This document shows, piece after piece, positions 36,601-49,800 of a stretch of DNA of 64,000 nt. Both the position numbers and the translations under genes were made by a program. The notes under the pieces were generated by a model, which did no database searches, was not told the DNA's origin, and saw nothing but the letters and a program-made list of their open reading frames with translations. Source of the stretch: Bilabrum cf. latius (Eukaryota). Where the stretch lies: assembly GCA_965178125.1 (NCBI GenBank), contig OZ237761.1:310001-374000 (forward strand). Reading direction: 5' to 3'. Each line of letters opens with the position of its first letter. Positions within the stretch are counted from its first letter, which is position 1.

Positions 36601-39600
36601 CATTCAAGACAACGACCACGGCTGGGAAGGGCACCGGAGAAGCACCAAGGCCCTCTGAAGGCGGCCGTGGTAGCAGGGCATCAGCGAAAGTCGCACCGAT
36701 GCCCATGGACCACGGCGACGCACACAAGGTCCCCGGTGGCCTGGCCCGCTCCAAGAGAGATATCAGCGTCCCGGTGACCGTGGCCGCGAGTGACAGCGGG
36801 GAGGACGGCAGGGAGGACGAGCCCGACCTGGAGCTGGGCAATCTGGGCGGCACTGGGGGCCGGCCGGGCGCGACACCGTTCTCCCAGACCTTTGGCGGGT
36901 CTCTCAACAACGTGGATAGGTACTCTGCCTCACCGAAGAACGACTCCACGGATCCCCCGGATGAACACGAGGGTACCGTGACCCGCATGGGCGGGCAGGG
37001 CGTGGCGCCCGGCACGGGCTCCGCACTGACCAAGGGTCGCCGCAAGTCACGTGGAGGAAGCCTGCTTACGACCGAGGAGGTGGCGCAGCTAGCCGAGACC
37101 TCCAAGAGCAGCGGGGAAGAGCCCGGCAGCGGTGATGAGCACGAGGAGCCGTTGGGTCGGGTGCACAGTGGCGGCAAGGCCGATCTCTCGCCTCGGGGCA
37201 GTCGCGCGATGTCTGAGGGTAGCGACAGCGAGTCTGGCAGTGGCCGGCACTCGAGCCGCTCCTCGAAGAACAGCAACGGACGGTCCGACTCGGCTGGGAT
37301 TCCGCAGAGGCAGCCGAGTGTGAAGGACGCTGTGGGGCTAGAAGCAGCGGATTATGAGCAGGTGTGGATCCGGTTCTGGCAGAGCGGGAGCCGTGCACTG
37401 CAGCGGCAGCGGGCTGCGGCGATAGAAGCTGCCAAGGCGAAGCGGGACGGTCGAGCCGCCGGGCTGGGCCGTGCGGCGGATGATGCAGATATTCTCGAGG
37501 GCCAGCGGTTGGGCGTGTGCGGTGCATCGGGAGACGGGGAGGACGAGGACAATGATGATGATGATGATGCTAAGCAGGGTGGAGATCCGGAGCATCCCAT
37601 GGTCCGCATGTTTCCCATCGTGACTGACGACGGCTTCCCCAGGGGCGCGGCCGCGAGAGCGCACTTCGTGCAGACCCCGAGGCTGGCCATTCTAGGCAGG
37701 GAACCCTCGGATGGGTCGGATGCAAAGGCCGTTGTCGGGGGGATCCTGCTCAATCCAGCCATGGCCATCAGTAGGGAGCTCTCGAGGATGAGCGATCCCG
37801 CCTTCGATCCCGACTTGGTGAACCGACTCACCGACAAGCAGGCCCTTCTGGCGAGCTTTATGTACGTACTGATGAAGCTGCAGCTGCCCCGGCTGATGCG
37901 GCTGGACTTGCAGTCGTGCCAGCTGTTCCTCAAGGTGATCGAGGCGGGTTACGATACGACCGTGCCGTACCACTACGGCGTGCACGCGGCTGACGTGCTG
38001 GCTTCGGCCTATCGCGTGCTGCGTCACAACTACGGCAAGTTTTCGATCGATTTCAGGCCGATCGAGATGCTGGCGTTCATTGTGGCGGCGGCAGGTCACG
38101 ACCACGGCCACCCCGGCGTCAACAACGGGCTCCTCGTTAAGACGGGCCACCCCATTGCGATCGATCATAACGACAGCAGCGTGCTGGAGAACCATCACGC
38201 TGCAAGCACCTTTCACGTGCTAAGGCACCCACAGCTGAACTTCATGAGGGGAATCCAGACGAAGGAGTTTAGGCTGTTTCGGTCCCAGGTGATCGAGCTG
38301 ATCTTGGCCACCGACATGTCGCAGCACTCCAAGCACGTGGCTGTGTTCAACGAGGTGGTGGATGAGGGCCTGGCGGGGCGGCACCATTTCCATCAGCCGC
38401 AGTACAGGATGGCAGTCAGGCGAGTTGCCCTCAAGATCGCAGACCTTGGTCATGCCTTCAAGCCCCCGGCGCTGCACAGGCGCTGGAGCTTCCGGATCAT
38501 GGAAGAGATGTACCGCCAGGGAGATAGGGAGAGGAGCGAGGGACTAGACGTGGTGCCGGTCTTCGACCGCACGCTGCTGCCGGGAGCTTCTAAGCACCAG
38601 GTCGGTTTCCTCGCCGCGGTGGTTCTGCCCCTGGCCAAAACGTGGGGCAAGCTCTCCCACTGGTGCTACCCGGCTGACCAGATCCAGGCGAACATTTCCA
38701 TGTGGCAGAGGATGGCCCAGGACGGGACTAAGCTCACGCAGAAGATGCTCGACGCCGTGTCTCCGCCTCCCAGCCTGGCAATCGGATCGGAGGACAAGGG
38801 CATTGAGCTCAGCTCGAGCGGCCACAGTTCGCTCCCGCTGAGTCCTTTGAAAGACCCCAGCAGCGACCCGAATAGCAGCAGCGGTGGCGGAAGCGGGCCG
38901 CCAAAGGGCAGCCTGCCGCACCTCATGTCGGGCCTGTCAGATCGTGGCCACTTTTCCTCTCAGTACACCTTGGGCGGCCCCCGGCACGAGGACAGGAACG
39001 TTCCTCCTGAGGCAGCCATCGTTCGGCAGCTGCCCACGCACTCGGCGAGGGCGCAGCTGGAAATCGTGAATCAGACGCAGGCGCAGCAGCATGGCTCTCA
39101 TGCGCAGGGCCAAGCATCGACCACAACCACGGTGCACGGCCACCCGGCGATGGCTAGGATTCACCCTGGGGCTGGGCCTGGACTCGTCATGCGACAGCCA
39201 TCCAACACGCCCAGCGTCGGCGTAAGGACCAACGACATCGTGTCGATGCATCAGTTTGACGCCAGCAGGGACGTCCCGATCGAGAGCGACAACGACTTTG
39301 GCAGGGTGGTGGACCAGGAGATCTCCACTGTCGGTAGCTTCACGACAGCTCCGAGGTCAGGGTCGAATTCTTTCGCAAGGATGCCATCAGATCAGATCGA
39401 GGAGGCCATGGCAATCAAGAGCGGGCGGATCAACAAGCCGCAGAGCTTCGTGCCGCAGCCCGATGGTTCGAGCTCGCCGGTGGCGAAGGGTGTCGCCGGA
39501 GCTGGCCGCAGCAGGCGCATGTCTCGCCAACAGCGACTCAGCGTCACGCAGCTACCCCAGATCGGTGAAGACGATGAGCATGGACCAGACACGTCCTCCG

Positions 39601-41465
39601 GCGTCGAACCGCCCTCCGCGGACGCCGGCGAAGATGCCGAGCTATTTGTAAAGGGCGCGAACCAGGCCGCGGGCATCACGTCAGTCAGTGGAGCAGGTGC
39701 CGGTACAGGCCAGCGAGCCGGCCGATGGGGAGCACACGGTGCCCGAGGGGGGATTGTGGGTGGGCAGGCGCATGCATTGCCAGGGTCGTTGCAGCGAGGC
39801 AACGGACCCGCTCCTATCAGCACCGATCTCCCGACCGCTGCCACGGGAATCATGTCTCCTCCTCCAGCGGCCCAGTTCTCCGGTTACATGGCTCCTGCCA
39901 CCCAGCAGGTGGAGCAGAGCAGTTCTTCTTCAGCGCACGGCCAGCCCGATGGTGCAAACAGCGAGTACTCCCCCGCTGGGTCGATGACTCATTTCGGCAT
40001 GCATTCTGGAGGCTCTCCGGCCGGCGTCCTGTCGGACGCTGATTAGAACAACCTAAGGTAGCATCCTTCATTCCGGGCAGCGGCAGGAGTAGCGTACGCT
40101 CAGCGAAACGACGGCCAGCCCATGGCTGTGCCGGTGTACCAGCTCGGTGTCGGCGGGCAGGAGACGGATAGGGCCCACGGCCACGGTCGCCTACGTCATC
40201 GCATGACATGGGAAGAAATGTCTGGTTCCTTCAACACAAGCCATGACTCGCCCATCCCCGGGCAAGCGACGGGTGGAAAGGTAGACGTGTGGGGCAACCC
40301 GATTGACGATGCGAGACCCACGCCGTACGATCAATGGCAGCAGAGCGGTGGAGGTGAGAGAGGTGGGACTGGCGATCCTCAGCCTGGGCCTGGGTTCCGA
40401 CGAAGCGTGAAGCAGCACGGAAAACGGTCTCATCAGTAGTAGAAGCAGGCCACAGGACAGAATACTCAGACGCAGCAGCCTGCTTCGTCCGGCAGAGGAT
40501 CAGGGACGCGAGGCGGCATCAAGCCTGCGATCCCAGAGGCAGAAAAAGAGGGTCTCGGATCGGGGGGAGACGGCGACAGCGTTGCCTCTTCGGTTCGCAA
40601 GATCGACTCTGGCAAGTACAACGGAGATATCGCCGCGCTAGATCGCCTCCCTTCTCTGGGTGTGGATAGGTCTCGTACCTCGGTCCAGTCCGGCAGCGAG
40701 TCCGCTCGTCGCGCGGAACGCAGTCAGGAGGGTCTTGATGAAACGCAACCCGGCGATGCTGGAGCGGTCAACACGGGCGGTGGTTTGTAGGTGGCGCTGG
40801 ACACCGCGCGTGAGAGCAGCGAAGATACTGGCGGCAGCTCAAGTCGGTCGAGTGCTGGCAAGCCCCCCGCGGCTGCAAAGGCGCGTCAGGGCGGTCGGCT
40901 GGGCACCGCACGGCCATACCACGGCGCTGCCGATCGTCGCGATCTCGATCGAGATCGAGCAGCGGGAGAGGGAGAGGGTGTTGGTGGCGAGGTGCCAGGC
41001 AGGGGCCCGGGCACGCCCTCTGGTATGGTGGAAGCCACCATCAGCGTGAAGGGCAGCATGGCTGAAGACCTGGGAATGGACGTGCACGGAGGGACAGGGG
41101 GCGGTAGAGTGCCTCACGTGGGCGGGATGCAGACAAGGAGCAGCGGGCAGACAGGCGCTGGCGGTGCAGGCGGCTAGCGGAGTAGCATGGGCACGGGCAA
41201 CGCGTACGAATCGATGGATTCTCTGCACTCGATGCAGGTTGGTGGGGAGCAGGGAGACGGTGCTGTGGGGCGCGCAAGTCGAGGGACCGATGGGGCCAGT
41301 CGCGGTGATGGTGATGGCGATGGCGATGGTGTGCCGCGAGGCCGGCCCGGCCTGGCTCGGCTGCCGCTGGGGTCTTCCTCGATGCTGATGAGCGGTCTGC
41401 GGTCTCCCGCCTCGTCTATATCTCTGTTCAATCAGGGATAGCCCAGAGCCAGCGAAGAACAGTGA
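33665..41465 (+). CDS. Class I 3',5'-cyclic nucleotide phosphodiesterase with N-terminal transmembrane helices (~2560 aa)
   Basis: Catalytic motifs PYHYGVHAADV, AAAGHDHGHPGVNN, SVLENHH, LILATDM, KIADL, EEMYRQGDRE and QVGF. Intron 33782-33905, then FTDQEMETTY and several hydrophobic helices. TAG at 33957, 34254, 34314, 40044, 40059, 40437, 40440, 40788, 41175 and 41439. Ends at TGA 41463-41465. Confidence 0.88.
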
Positions 41466-41695
41466 TTGGTTCCTTTGCCGGTGTGAAAGCGTGCAGTTTC
41501 GAATTAGGAATTCTTGCATCCTGGCCAGTAGCACTACGGACTATAGCACTGCGTGGCACAAGTAAGTTGAGTTACTGCCAGTTGCCAACTCGCATCCTTT
41601 CACACACCGCATATTGAACAACTCACTTGTGTCCATACCCCGTAAGCCTGCGAAGTGTTCTCAGTCCGAACCAATTAAGACGGAACCAAATCAGC

Positions 41696-42031
41696 ATGGC
41701 TCACTTTGGTCTTACTCTGCCGCGCGAATGGTGTCCGCACACGGTAGATACATTCAATGGACTAATACACAAATATATCATTCCAGTGCTTGAAGACGAC
41801 ACCTTAGCGGAGGCACATGGCTACATGAAAAGCGAAGTGCGAGGTTTCATACAACAGCACTCCAGGAGCTCTTACATCAGCAGTCATGAGATGGAGAAGT
41901 GGATTGTACGCGTATTCGATAGATTCAATGATTCGTGGTTTTGTGTTGCAAGCGATCAGCGCTTTCAGAGTGAGCGCAGCACCATTTGCCTGTCTGTCCA
42001 TGCTGCCAAGCAACTGCAATCTGACGAATGA
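41696..42031 (+). CDS. Possible small hypothetical protein
   Basis: 111-aa ATG..TGA ORF with protein-like composition in a low-GC gap; no recognisable motif. Confidence 0.25.
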   Translation: MAHFGLTLPREWCPHTVDTFNGLIHKYIIPVLEDDTLAEAHGYMKSEVRGFIQQHSRSSYISSHEMEKWIVRVFDRFNDSWFCVASDQRFQSERSTICLSVHAAKQLQSDE

Positions 42032-42334
42032 GAGCAATATGCACATGTTTTTTCGTTCGCAGCTTGTCTGAAATGGATCACACCATACCTAGACATACAT
42101 GACATTGCCAGGCTTTCTCTGGTTTTCTCCAGAAGCGTCCAAGCTGGCCTCGCAACGCATAGGAATGGGCTCTCCGCTTCGCTGAGCCAAGCCCTGCGAG
42201 CGAAGTTCGACCGTGCTGAAATGCCACCATGCGTAGGTATATATTGGTCGCTAGCGTATCGCGTGGTATTATCTGGTGGGCTACTTGTGCGGGCTAGCCA
42301 GCATCTGGCCGAGGAGCCCACGAGCGCATCCGCC

Positions 42335-45300
42335 ATGGACGACCAATGCGAATCAAACGATACTGCGTCGGTTCATGTATCTTGTGGTGGCTCAGACCAA
42401 ATTATCAAGAGAGGTACGTCCTGCGGAGTAGCCAGTACGGCGGGCGGGAACTCATGCGGCGCGTCTCAACATCCGAATCCGTGCCACGGTAGCCCTTTCG
42501 CGGACAACCAAGCAGACGATGATGCTGGCCCGGCCAGAGGCGGGGCAGCCGCTGCAGCTGCTGCTGCCATGGCCTCAGATTCTACCCTTGACTCAGGGAC
42601 AAACGTCAGTGAGTCCCTGCGAAGGAACATGTTGAGATCACCTGTGGCTGTGATCGGTCGTTTGCGAGACGGTGTACGGATGCATCGCGTGGGGCAGGTG
42701 GGCATGCTTCAGGCGCTACGAAGGGACAAAGAAGTGGGTGGTATGGTGCGTGCTCTTGTGGAATGGAATGCGGCTGGACAGTGGCTCTTGGATCATCCCT
42801 CCCAACAGCACCCATTGCACCCATTGAAAAGTGGCATCAGCTGCAGCTCCTCGGCTGTCTCTCACATTCGAGCTGGGCGAGGTCAGATGCAGGACGCCAT
42901 CGCAACATCGCTGCTACTGCTTGCAGTCGCTGCCTCATCCACGGATCTACCGGGACGCTTGCTGGTTTTGCGAGAGGTCTTCATCGGGGCGCATGCCGGA
43001 AGGCGGACCCGTTGGCTGACTCAGCGGGAGCCTCTGTCGGGCTAGCAGAGGTGGGAGGGTACAGACCGCACGCAAACTCCGCAGGAAAAGCTCATATCAC
43101 CGAATCCGTTCTCGGTGCTATCTCCAGCTAACAGTACTTCACAGCTAGACTTACATGTTGATCTATTCAGACCACGTAGCGTGCTGCTAGATCCTGACAT
43201 CTTGGAGCTTGACGAGGCCAGAGGACATCTCGATCAAATAGCTTCCCCTGCCCGGATGATTCCACGCAATACGCATGGATAGATGCACTCAACTACCCCT
43301 GAAGGCTCTCTAGACAGTCTTCCTCCCAAACTTCATGGCCTTCGAGACTTTGAACCGATCGACAGCACAACGCGGGCCCAGGCTCTTGGAATTGATGGCC
43401 CGGTTCCCACTTTGGGCTGTGTCGGAAGACTGCAGAAACGCATGGATGAAACAAGGGTAGAGCAGTACGAAGTTGGCCGTGAGATGCTACGAATAGACGC
43501 TGCACGCTCCATGGAGGTGCCTGGGCTTATAAGGCATGCTCGTGAGGTGGACGAGAATCAATATCAGGGGTATATCTCACAGTGTAGTGAGGTAGTAGTG
43601 GAGCGTGCTCCAGCAGAAACAGAGATATTAGGCCGGCATAGGGTTGTAGCCCAGACAGAGACTGCTTGCACGCCTAGAATCGTACCAGTACAGATCAATG
43701 GTGATACTTACATGTCAGTTGTGCCGGTTACTAGAGATACAGATCCGTGTGCCCCTGCCACAGCCCCAGCAGGCCCTCGGACCCAATCATATCGTGCACG
43801 GGGCCGTCCTCGCCAATCAAGAGCAACGTCAGCGGCGCCAAGCCCTCTGGAAGCAATGAAGTGGCTACATACGCAGACATCGAGTAAAGATCAAGACTTG
43901 CACACAGGGCTTTCGTACATCCTGGAGGCGCACAGTCAGGCAGCTCGGTAGATCGAACGTCTTAATGGGTACTGGTGCTATTGCAAGAATTGGTCCTGCT
44001 GCAGGATTTTCTGCTCATCATACCCCTGGCGGATCTGTCTTGTCTCGTGGCTTGATGCTTGCTTGGTGCCCGTACCCCTTGTGATGTGGCTCGCCCTGGC
44101 TGCCATGACGATTGGACGCGCGTTCCCCATGGCTTGCATGCAGGCCACTCTATTGCACAAGGCCGGCGATTAGGAAATTTCTTCGATTTCAGACTTCCAG
44201 GGTTCAATTAACCACCGCTATAGAGTGCTATATGATTCTACGTACAACTGTGGGGCCGGTGTTGAGCTGCAGTGGAACGGCGACTATGACGTGTAGCAAA
44301 TCAACGATGCGTTCATCAAAGTTGCACAATTCCGTACAAAGGACCATTTCCTGCTGCCACTTGTTCCTGTAGCAGTAATGCTAAGTGGATTATTGTACAC
44401 CGGTGTTTGTCTAGCTGCTCACTAGACATGCGGCTATGGCGGGCAGCTCGTACCGGCGTCCATGCACCTCATGTGGAGCACCTGGACATTCGCAAGGCCT
44501 GATGGGATCCTGAACAGCGATTCAGCACAGTCTATTTGGACATCGAAACGTGTGTCGTGTTGGTCTGTTGGTCCTCCAACATCTGAGAGTAGGCTAGACT
44601 ACGACCGGTTGAGTGAAATTTCACGTGATTCTCGCGGTGAGGTCATTTCGAGTGAAGCCTACGTTGGAGCACAAGCCAGCGATGCTGCTGCAACCATGAT
44701 GGCCTTAGCGAGCGTTCTATCTTTAGTTGGATGGCAGGCTAGCCTCGCTTGGGACAGCTTACTCGACAGTGGTTCACTGCTGCCGAATAGTAGTACAGAT
44801 GAGGAGTGGACAACTGCAGATGCGAGGCTGTCGGAGGTGGTTAGGTTTCACTGTGCCACAGCTGCCAACTGTATCGTCGCGTGCATGATGCTATTGCAGC
44901 TATTGGCGGTGTATCGTCTGCAGTTCGGATCACAAGAGACCCCGACATGCTGCGGTGCCTCCGAGTCAAACTGCATTCGTGGGTTATGCAGGGCGCAACC
45001 GATACGACTGGCGGCCCTGCTTATTGCCTGCTGGCTATGTATTTGCGCTATGCTCCTCGTGTAGAGAGACGCTCTTGATTTTGAGGCAGTGAATCGATGG
45101 GCTACCGGCTGGCTGATTGTTTTCGTCTGTATCGTCGTTGCCTGGTGCGTCAGTATTGTCATGATACATGATGCCTGCGGGTATTGCAGGAGGTGTGCAC
45201 GTAACCGGCCGCAGGAACCAGAAACTTGCAGCGACTAGATGAATGCATGGCTGTCCACACCGTGTTAGGACTGCCATGACATATCATGGCCTCCGTGGGT

Positions 45301-46579
45301 TATAGAGCTGTGTAGCAACTAGTACGAGGTGTACACCATTCTGCTTGGCACAGTCATGGTCTTCATACCAATGATGATGATTTTGAGGCGGTACATGCGA
45401 GAGGGTCGAAGCGCTGCACACCCCTTCTTATTAGCATTCCCACTTATGTCGACCCTCGCTCTTGGAACAATTGGTTCGTTCCTGATCTTGCTGGTGTGTC
45501 GGGCAAAGCCGGGTTCATGGCAGTTGAGACTTTATGGTGGAATTTCCTGCATGCCAGTAGCATATGCTAGATCGAATACGTACGCTGGCACACTGGCAGA
45601 CACCTTTAACTATGTTGGGTATGAACAGGGCACCACTGGACGCTTTACAGACTTGAGGTGGTTGAGGCTGCCAGGCCTGTCCTGTGAAGTAACGTAGCTA
45701 GCTCGAGCGGTCCGAAGACGTCTGAAAACGAGCAGAGTAGGTTCAGACCTAGATTGGCTGGGTTCATAGTATGCTGTACCAGGCAACCATGCCTGCTTTA
45801 GCGAGCAGTGGCCCACAGGTGCACGAAACCTGGCTGAGCACAACGAATACGACCTGCAAGACGGCGCAGTTTCGTGTATATCATTGATTCGAGCGATACG
45901 TTCGTGTTCAACCACGAGCACATACTTTCTGAGACACTCTGTATCACTGGCCAAGAGCCAGTATGGAAATGCAACTGAGGCAGGACTGGCACTGCTGCGG
46001 ACGCATGTCAGGCTTGAGGCTCTGCTGCGAGCAGCAAAACAGTTGCGTAAGCTGCAACAGCAAACTCCGGACTTGGACAGGATTCGGCCACCTGGCTCTG
46101 CCATTCAGCTAGACGCCGCATGCGGATATATGCAGATGCTTTATCGCATGAACCTTTCCGACAGGGATTGCCACTAGATTGAGTGCATGAGCGCGGCTGC
46201 CGTTGGGGCCGCCATGTTGCTGCTGGGAGGGGCTAGGTCGCTCTGCAGGGGGTTCCTAACGGTTCAGCGCGAGCTCAATGCTCATCCAAAGGGTGAACAC
46301 GATGGAATGCATGCTGGCAGTGACTGTTTATCCCATGCTGGAGGCAGTCAGCAGCGGGGGCAAGCAGCCGTGGTTGGGCCGTCACGGCTACGCAAGTTGG
46401 TTCAGCCACTACGAGTTCAGTAGGCATTGGTTGCCGGCTAGAGGGCATGGGTAGACTGTGTGGGTGGACTGAACCACATGTGTAGCACACACTGGGTGCC
46501 TTCAGGCGCAAGGTTAGTGGAGGAGCTAGTCGCGACTGAAGTCGTGGATGGCCATGGTGGCCGCGTGTAGCCAAACTGA
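42335..46579 (+). CDS. Unknown Cys-rich multipass membrane protein (~1410 aa), paralog 1
   Basis: The frame has no TAA or TGA for ~1400 codons but holds about 16 TAG. It joins ORF-track pieces starting at 42221, 43283, 44462, 45329, 45884 and 46187. Many hydrophobic helices. Ends at TGA 46577-46579. An alternative start lies at 42221. Confidence 0.75.
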
Positions 46580-46841
46580 TTCGATTGTTGCGGAGCTCGC
46601 TTGGAGTGAAATATCGACTATGTACGTGTGCTGATAGAAAATGAACATCTAGATGGCATCTGCTTCAAATCTCGAGAACTAGGCCAGTGACACACCCCCC
46701 CGCTACGGTAATAAAATAAATTTATGGGGGACACACATAGGTGCCCATCTGATCCAGTTTCCATTGATTGGCCCTACCTTCGTACCATCGAGACACAGTC
46801 ACGAATGGTGGTGCAGCTTGTGTCCCACATCCCCTGTCTTT

Positions 46842-49800
46842 TTAATCGCGATAACTGCAATTCCGCGACCATGACAGCGCATGCACATTTGCCTCAGGCC
46901 AACCGCTCGGACCAAGCCATGCTGCCTGGGCTTCACGCACGGCAAGCATCGCACTTGACCCGGACAAAATGCCGTCGTTATTCTCCTCAGCGCTGGCTAC
47001 TGCACAAACACGTCGACCACGATGCTTATTCTTGCCGTGAGCCAGTCTACCTCTCTGCCTCTGGATACCCTGTGAGCTATCAAAGGACTGCTACGGCACA
47101 GCAGCACCGGTTTGCCGGCGCATCTACTACAGCACTCGTCCCCGCATTGCCTGAAACGATACAGCATCAATTTTGCCTTGGTTCAGTGCCACGTATGCCC
47201 CCGCAATGCAGTCTAGAAGCGTCTCGAGCTCCACAACCAGTCGATGCTTTTCATGCGAGCTGTATCGAAGATCAATGCGGGTAGCTTGACTTGTAGGCGG
47301 GCCCTACGGCCACATGCTCCTTTTCGCTGACTCAGCCGCCGATGCTGCTGCTGCTGCCGTTGCAACGGTGCCCTTGATACACACGCTGACTGGACCGACT
47401 GAATCTGTCTCCACCTCGCACTCGATATCGCTGTCGCTATCGCTTGATGCATCGTCCCCAAGGCGTTGTGGACCTGCCGACATCCTGGGGTCATACAGTG
47501 GTCCGAGCTCGCTTCGGAGCTTACTCGCGAGAGCCTCGATGCTGACATGCCGTGAGACAAGCCCCTGTCCTAACATGTAACGAGACGAGCGTTCTTTGGT
47601 CAGCTTGAAAACGGCTCGAGTCGCCTGACGCATAGCAAACAGAGAAGCAGCATTAAAAGTGCGGATCCTATCTTTCGCCATCCAAACGACTTGTAGATCG
47701 CCGTGCCAACTTCGAAGCAGATTAAACTCTTTGCTTAGTTGTGAGGGCCGCCACACAATCGCAGGTAATCTAGCTCCATCACCAGCTGAGAGGTCATTGT
47801 ATACCTAGAAGTTTTGCCTGCGAGCATATATCTTGCAAGCTAGCCTGGTAGAATCTTGCAGAGTGCTCGCCAGCATCGGGACGTCAGTTTGCATCTGCGC
47901 TGTTCCAGCTGTGCTGCTCCTGGCTCGGTGGAGGTGCCCGCGCCTTTGCCCTGCTGCAGCATGGCGAGCTCGACTCCGTAGATGCCACAGCAACGATACG
48001 CAAGCACTGTCTCGATCGGTTATCTTGTTGGTGTACTGCTATCCGTCGTGCCTTCTACTACAAATGACAGTACACATCGCGAGAAACGAGGGAAATGCAA
48101 ACCCAGCCATTGCCACTGGAAAGACCCAAATGGATACTGGCATGAAGAGAATGGCACTGCTCAGAGAATTCTTGGATTGATCGGTGGGTGCGAACACCAA
48201 CGAGGTCCCAAATGCAATTGTTCCGATCCAGCTGAGCACCGTGGACGGCAGCGACAGGACTGGCCGGACCATAGCAACCCAGGACCGCATGGGGTTCCAA
48301 TCCATATATCGTACTCTGTACCACCTTGGACACGATCCTTCGCATCCGCAGCAGCTGGCGCACCTCTAGGGCTCACATTGAACGTTCAGGCAGTTAAGGA
48401 CGGTCCTACAGAGGCACAACAAAAAAAGGGTGGACACTGATAGTCTGAGCACTAGGCGAACCACTGTTTCAAGCTCAGCTGGGCTACAAATACCATCCTA
48501 TGCGCAGGCAACTGATATTGCTCCAATGTCAAGTACGGTGCAACCGCATGCGCCTAAAAGGAAGCCTGGAAAGTTCTCTGCCGTCAGGCCTCTCCACAGA
48601 GCGTCTCGACGAGGCACATCATTTGATGAACAACAGCAATAGTAGTCATTCGAAGCCGCAAATATCTGCAAGCAATAAGCAATGGTCTAGTATGCAATCC
48701 CAACCAACAATGACGAGCCTGCGGCTATCCCTGTCCAACCTAGCAAATATAAGCCATCACGATCCGCAGGCAGCCAGTCGTGCTCTGGAATCTGATAAGG
48801 GGCTTGCCATGCCCTTTCAATTCCGACTGCTCCATCTATCTTGCTGGTAATCAATATGTTCCATGCCGGCAGCAACCACAGGCAGAAACAGCAACAGAAG
48901 ACCATAGTAGCGACGTTAAGGATCATGACGAGCCGATGCAAGGCAACAACGGTACTTTGTGCAGAAGCATCAAGCCGCCTAGGGTTCGCTTGTTTAAATT
49001 GCTGTGGAAAATCCATCCAAAAGGCGTTTAGGACATCAGGTGCCTCACCGTTGAGTACCTAGTCATCATCCGAGATAAAAGCGGACTGTCCAACCCACCA
49101 AGGACACCAAAGAATCGCAAATGTAGGTGGTATGTACCCTTGCTGCATACCGCCGCACAAATTCAGTGAATTCGTAGCGCATGTTGCCAGCAGAAGAAAG
49201 AGGGCAATAGTCGGTGCCACCAGAGAACCACTCTAGATCAGAAATGGGCTTCATAGCGTCTTCATAGGTCACTGCCACTGTTTTGTTGTCTGCGTCCCAA
49301 CGCTGCTCGGCGGGGGTGTACACACAGTAGTGCATCGTGCTTGCCATGGTGTCTATGGCAACCGTGCTATTCTCAGTAACGAATGCCGTCACGTTCTCAA
49401 ATCCACTCAAGCCTGCCTCGTGTCGCAGCACTAGCTGGACGCACCCGCGCGGGACGACCCCCCAACACAAGGACGTCATCGCACCAACGATGAAAGTAGT
49501 GGTACATACCATGTGAAACATGTCGGCCGCGCACGTAAGAATGGTGTTGGTCGGGCACCAAGCGTAGAAGCCACGCCCGCAGGACGTTGTCCTGCAGCAC
49601 CAGTGCATCTGACTTCTCAAGCGAGCCAATCCATCATACGAGAGAATCAGCTTGCGCTGAGCACGCTGTATTACTCTTGAACGGCCGTTGGAGCCTATGC
49701 CCATGGCCGTGCGCATCCAACGAGCCGTATGGAGCGCCATACCATCCACAAGACCAGACGAACTACTTACTCCAAGACACCGACTTGTATCTGCGCCTTG

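Noticed and set aside
34727-37276. 849-aa minus-strand ORF and similar long antisense ORFs (e.g. 58140-59516, 53966-55072)
   Set aside because: These are shadow ORFs opposite GC-rich genes and show no motifs.
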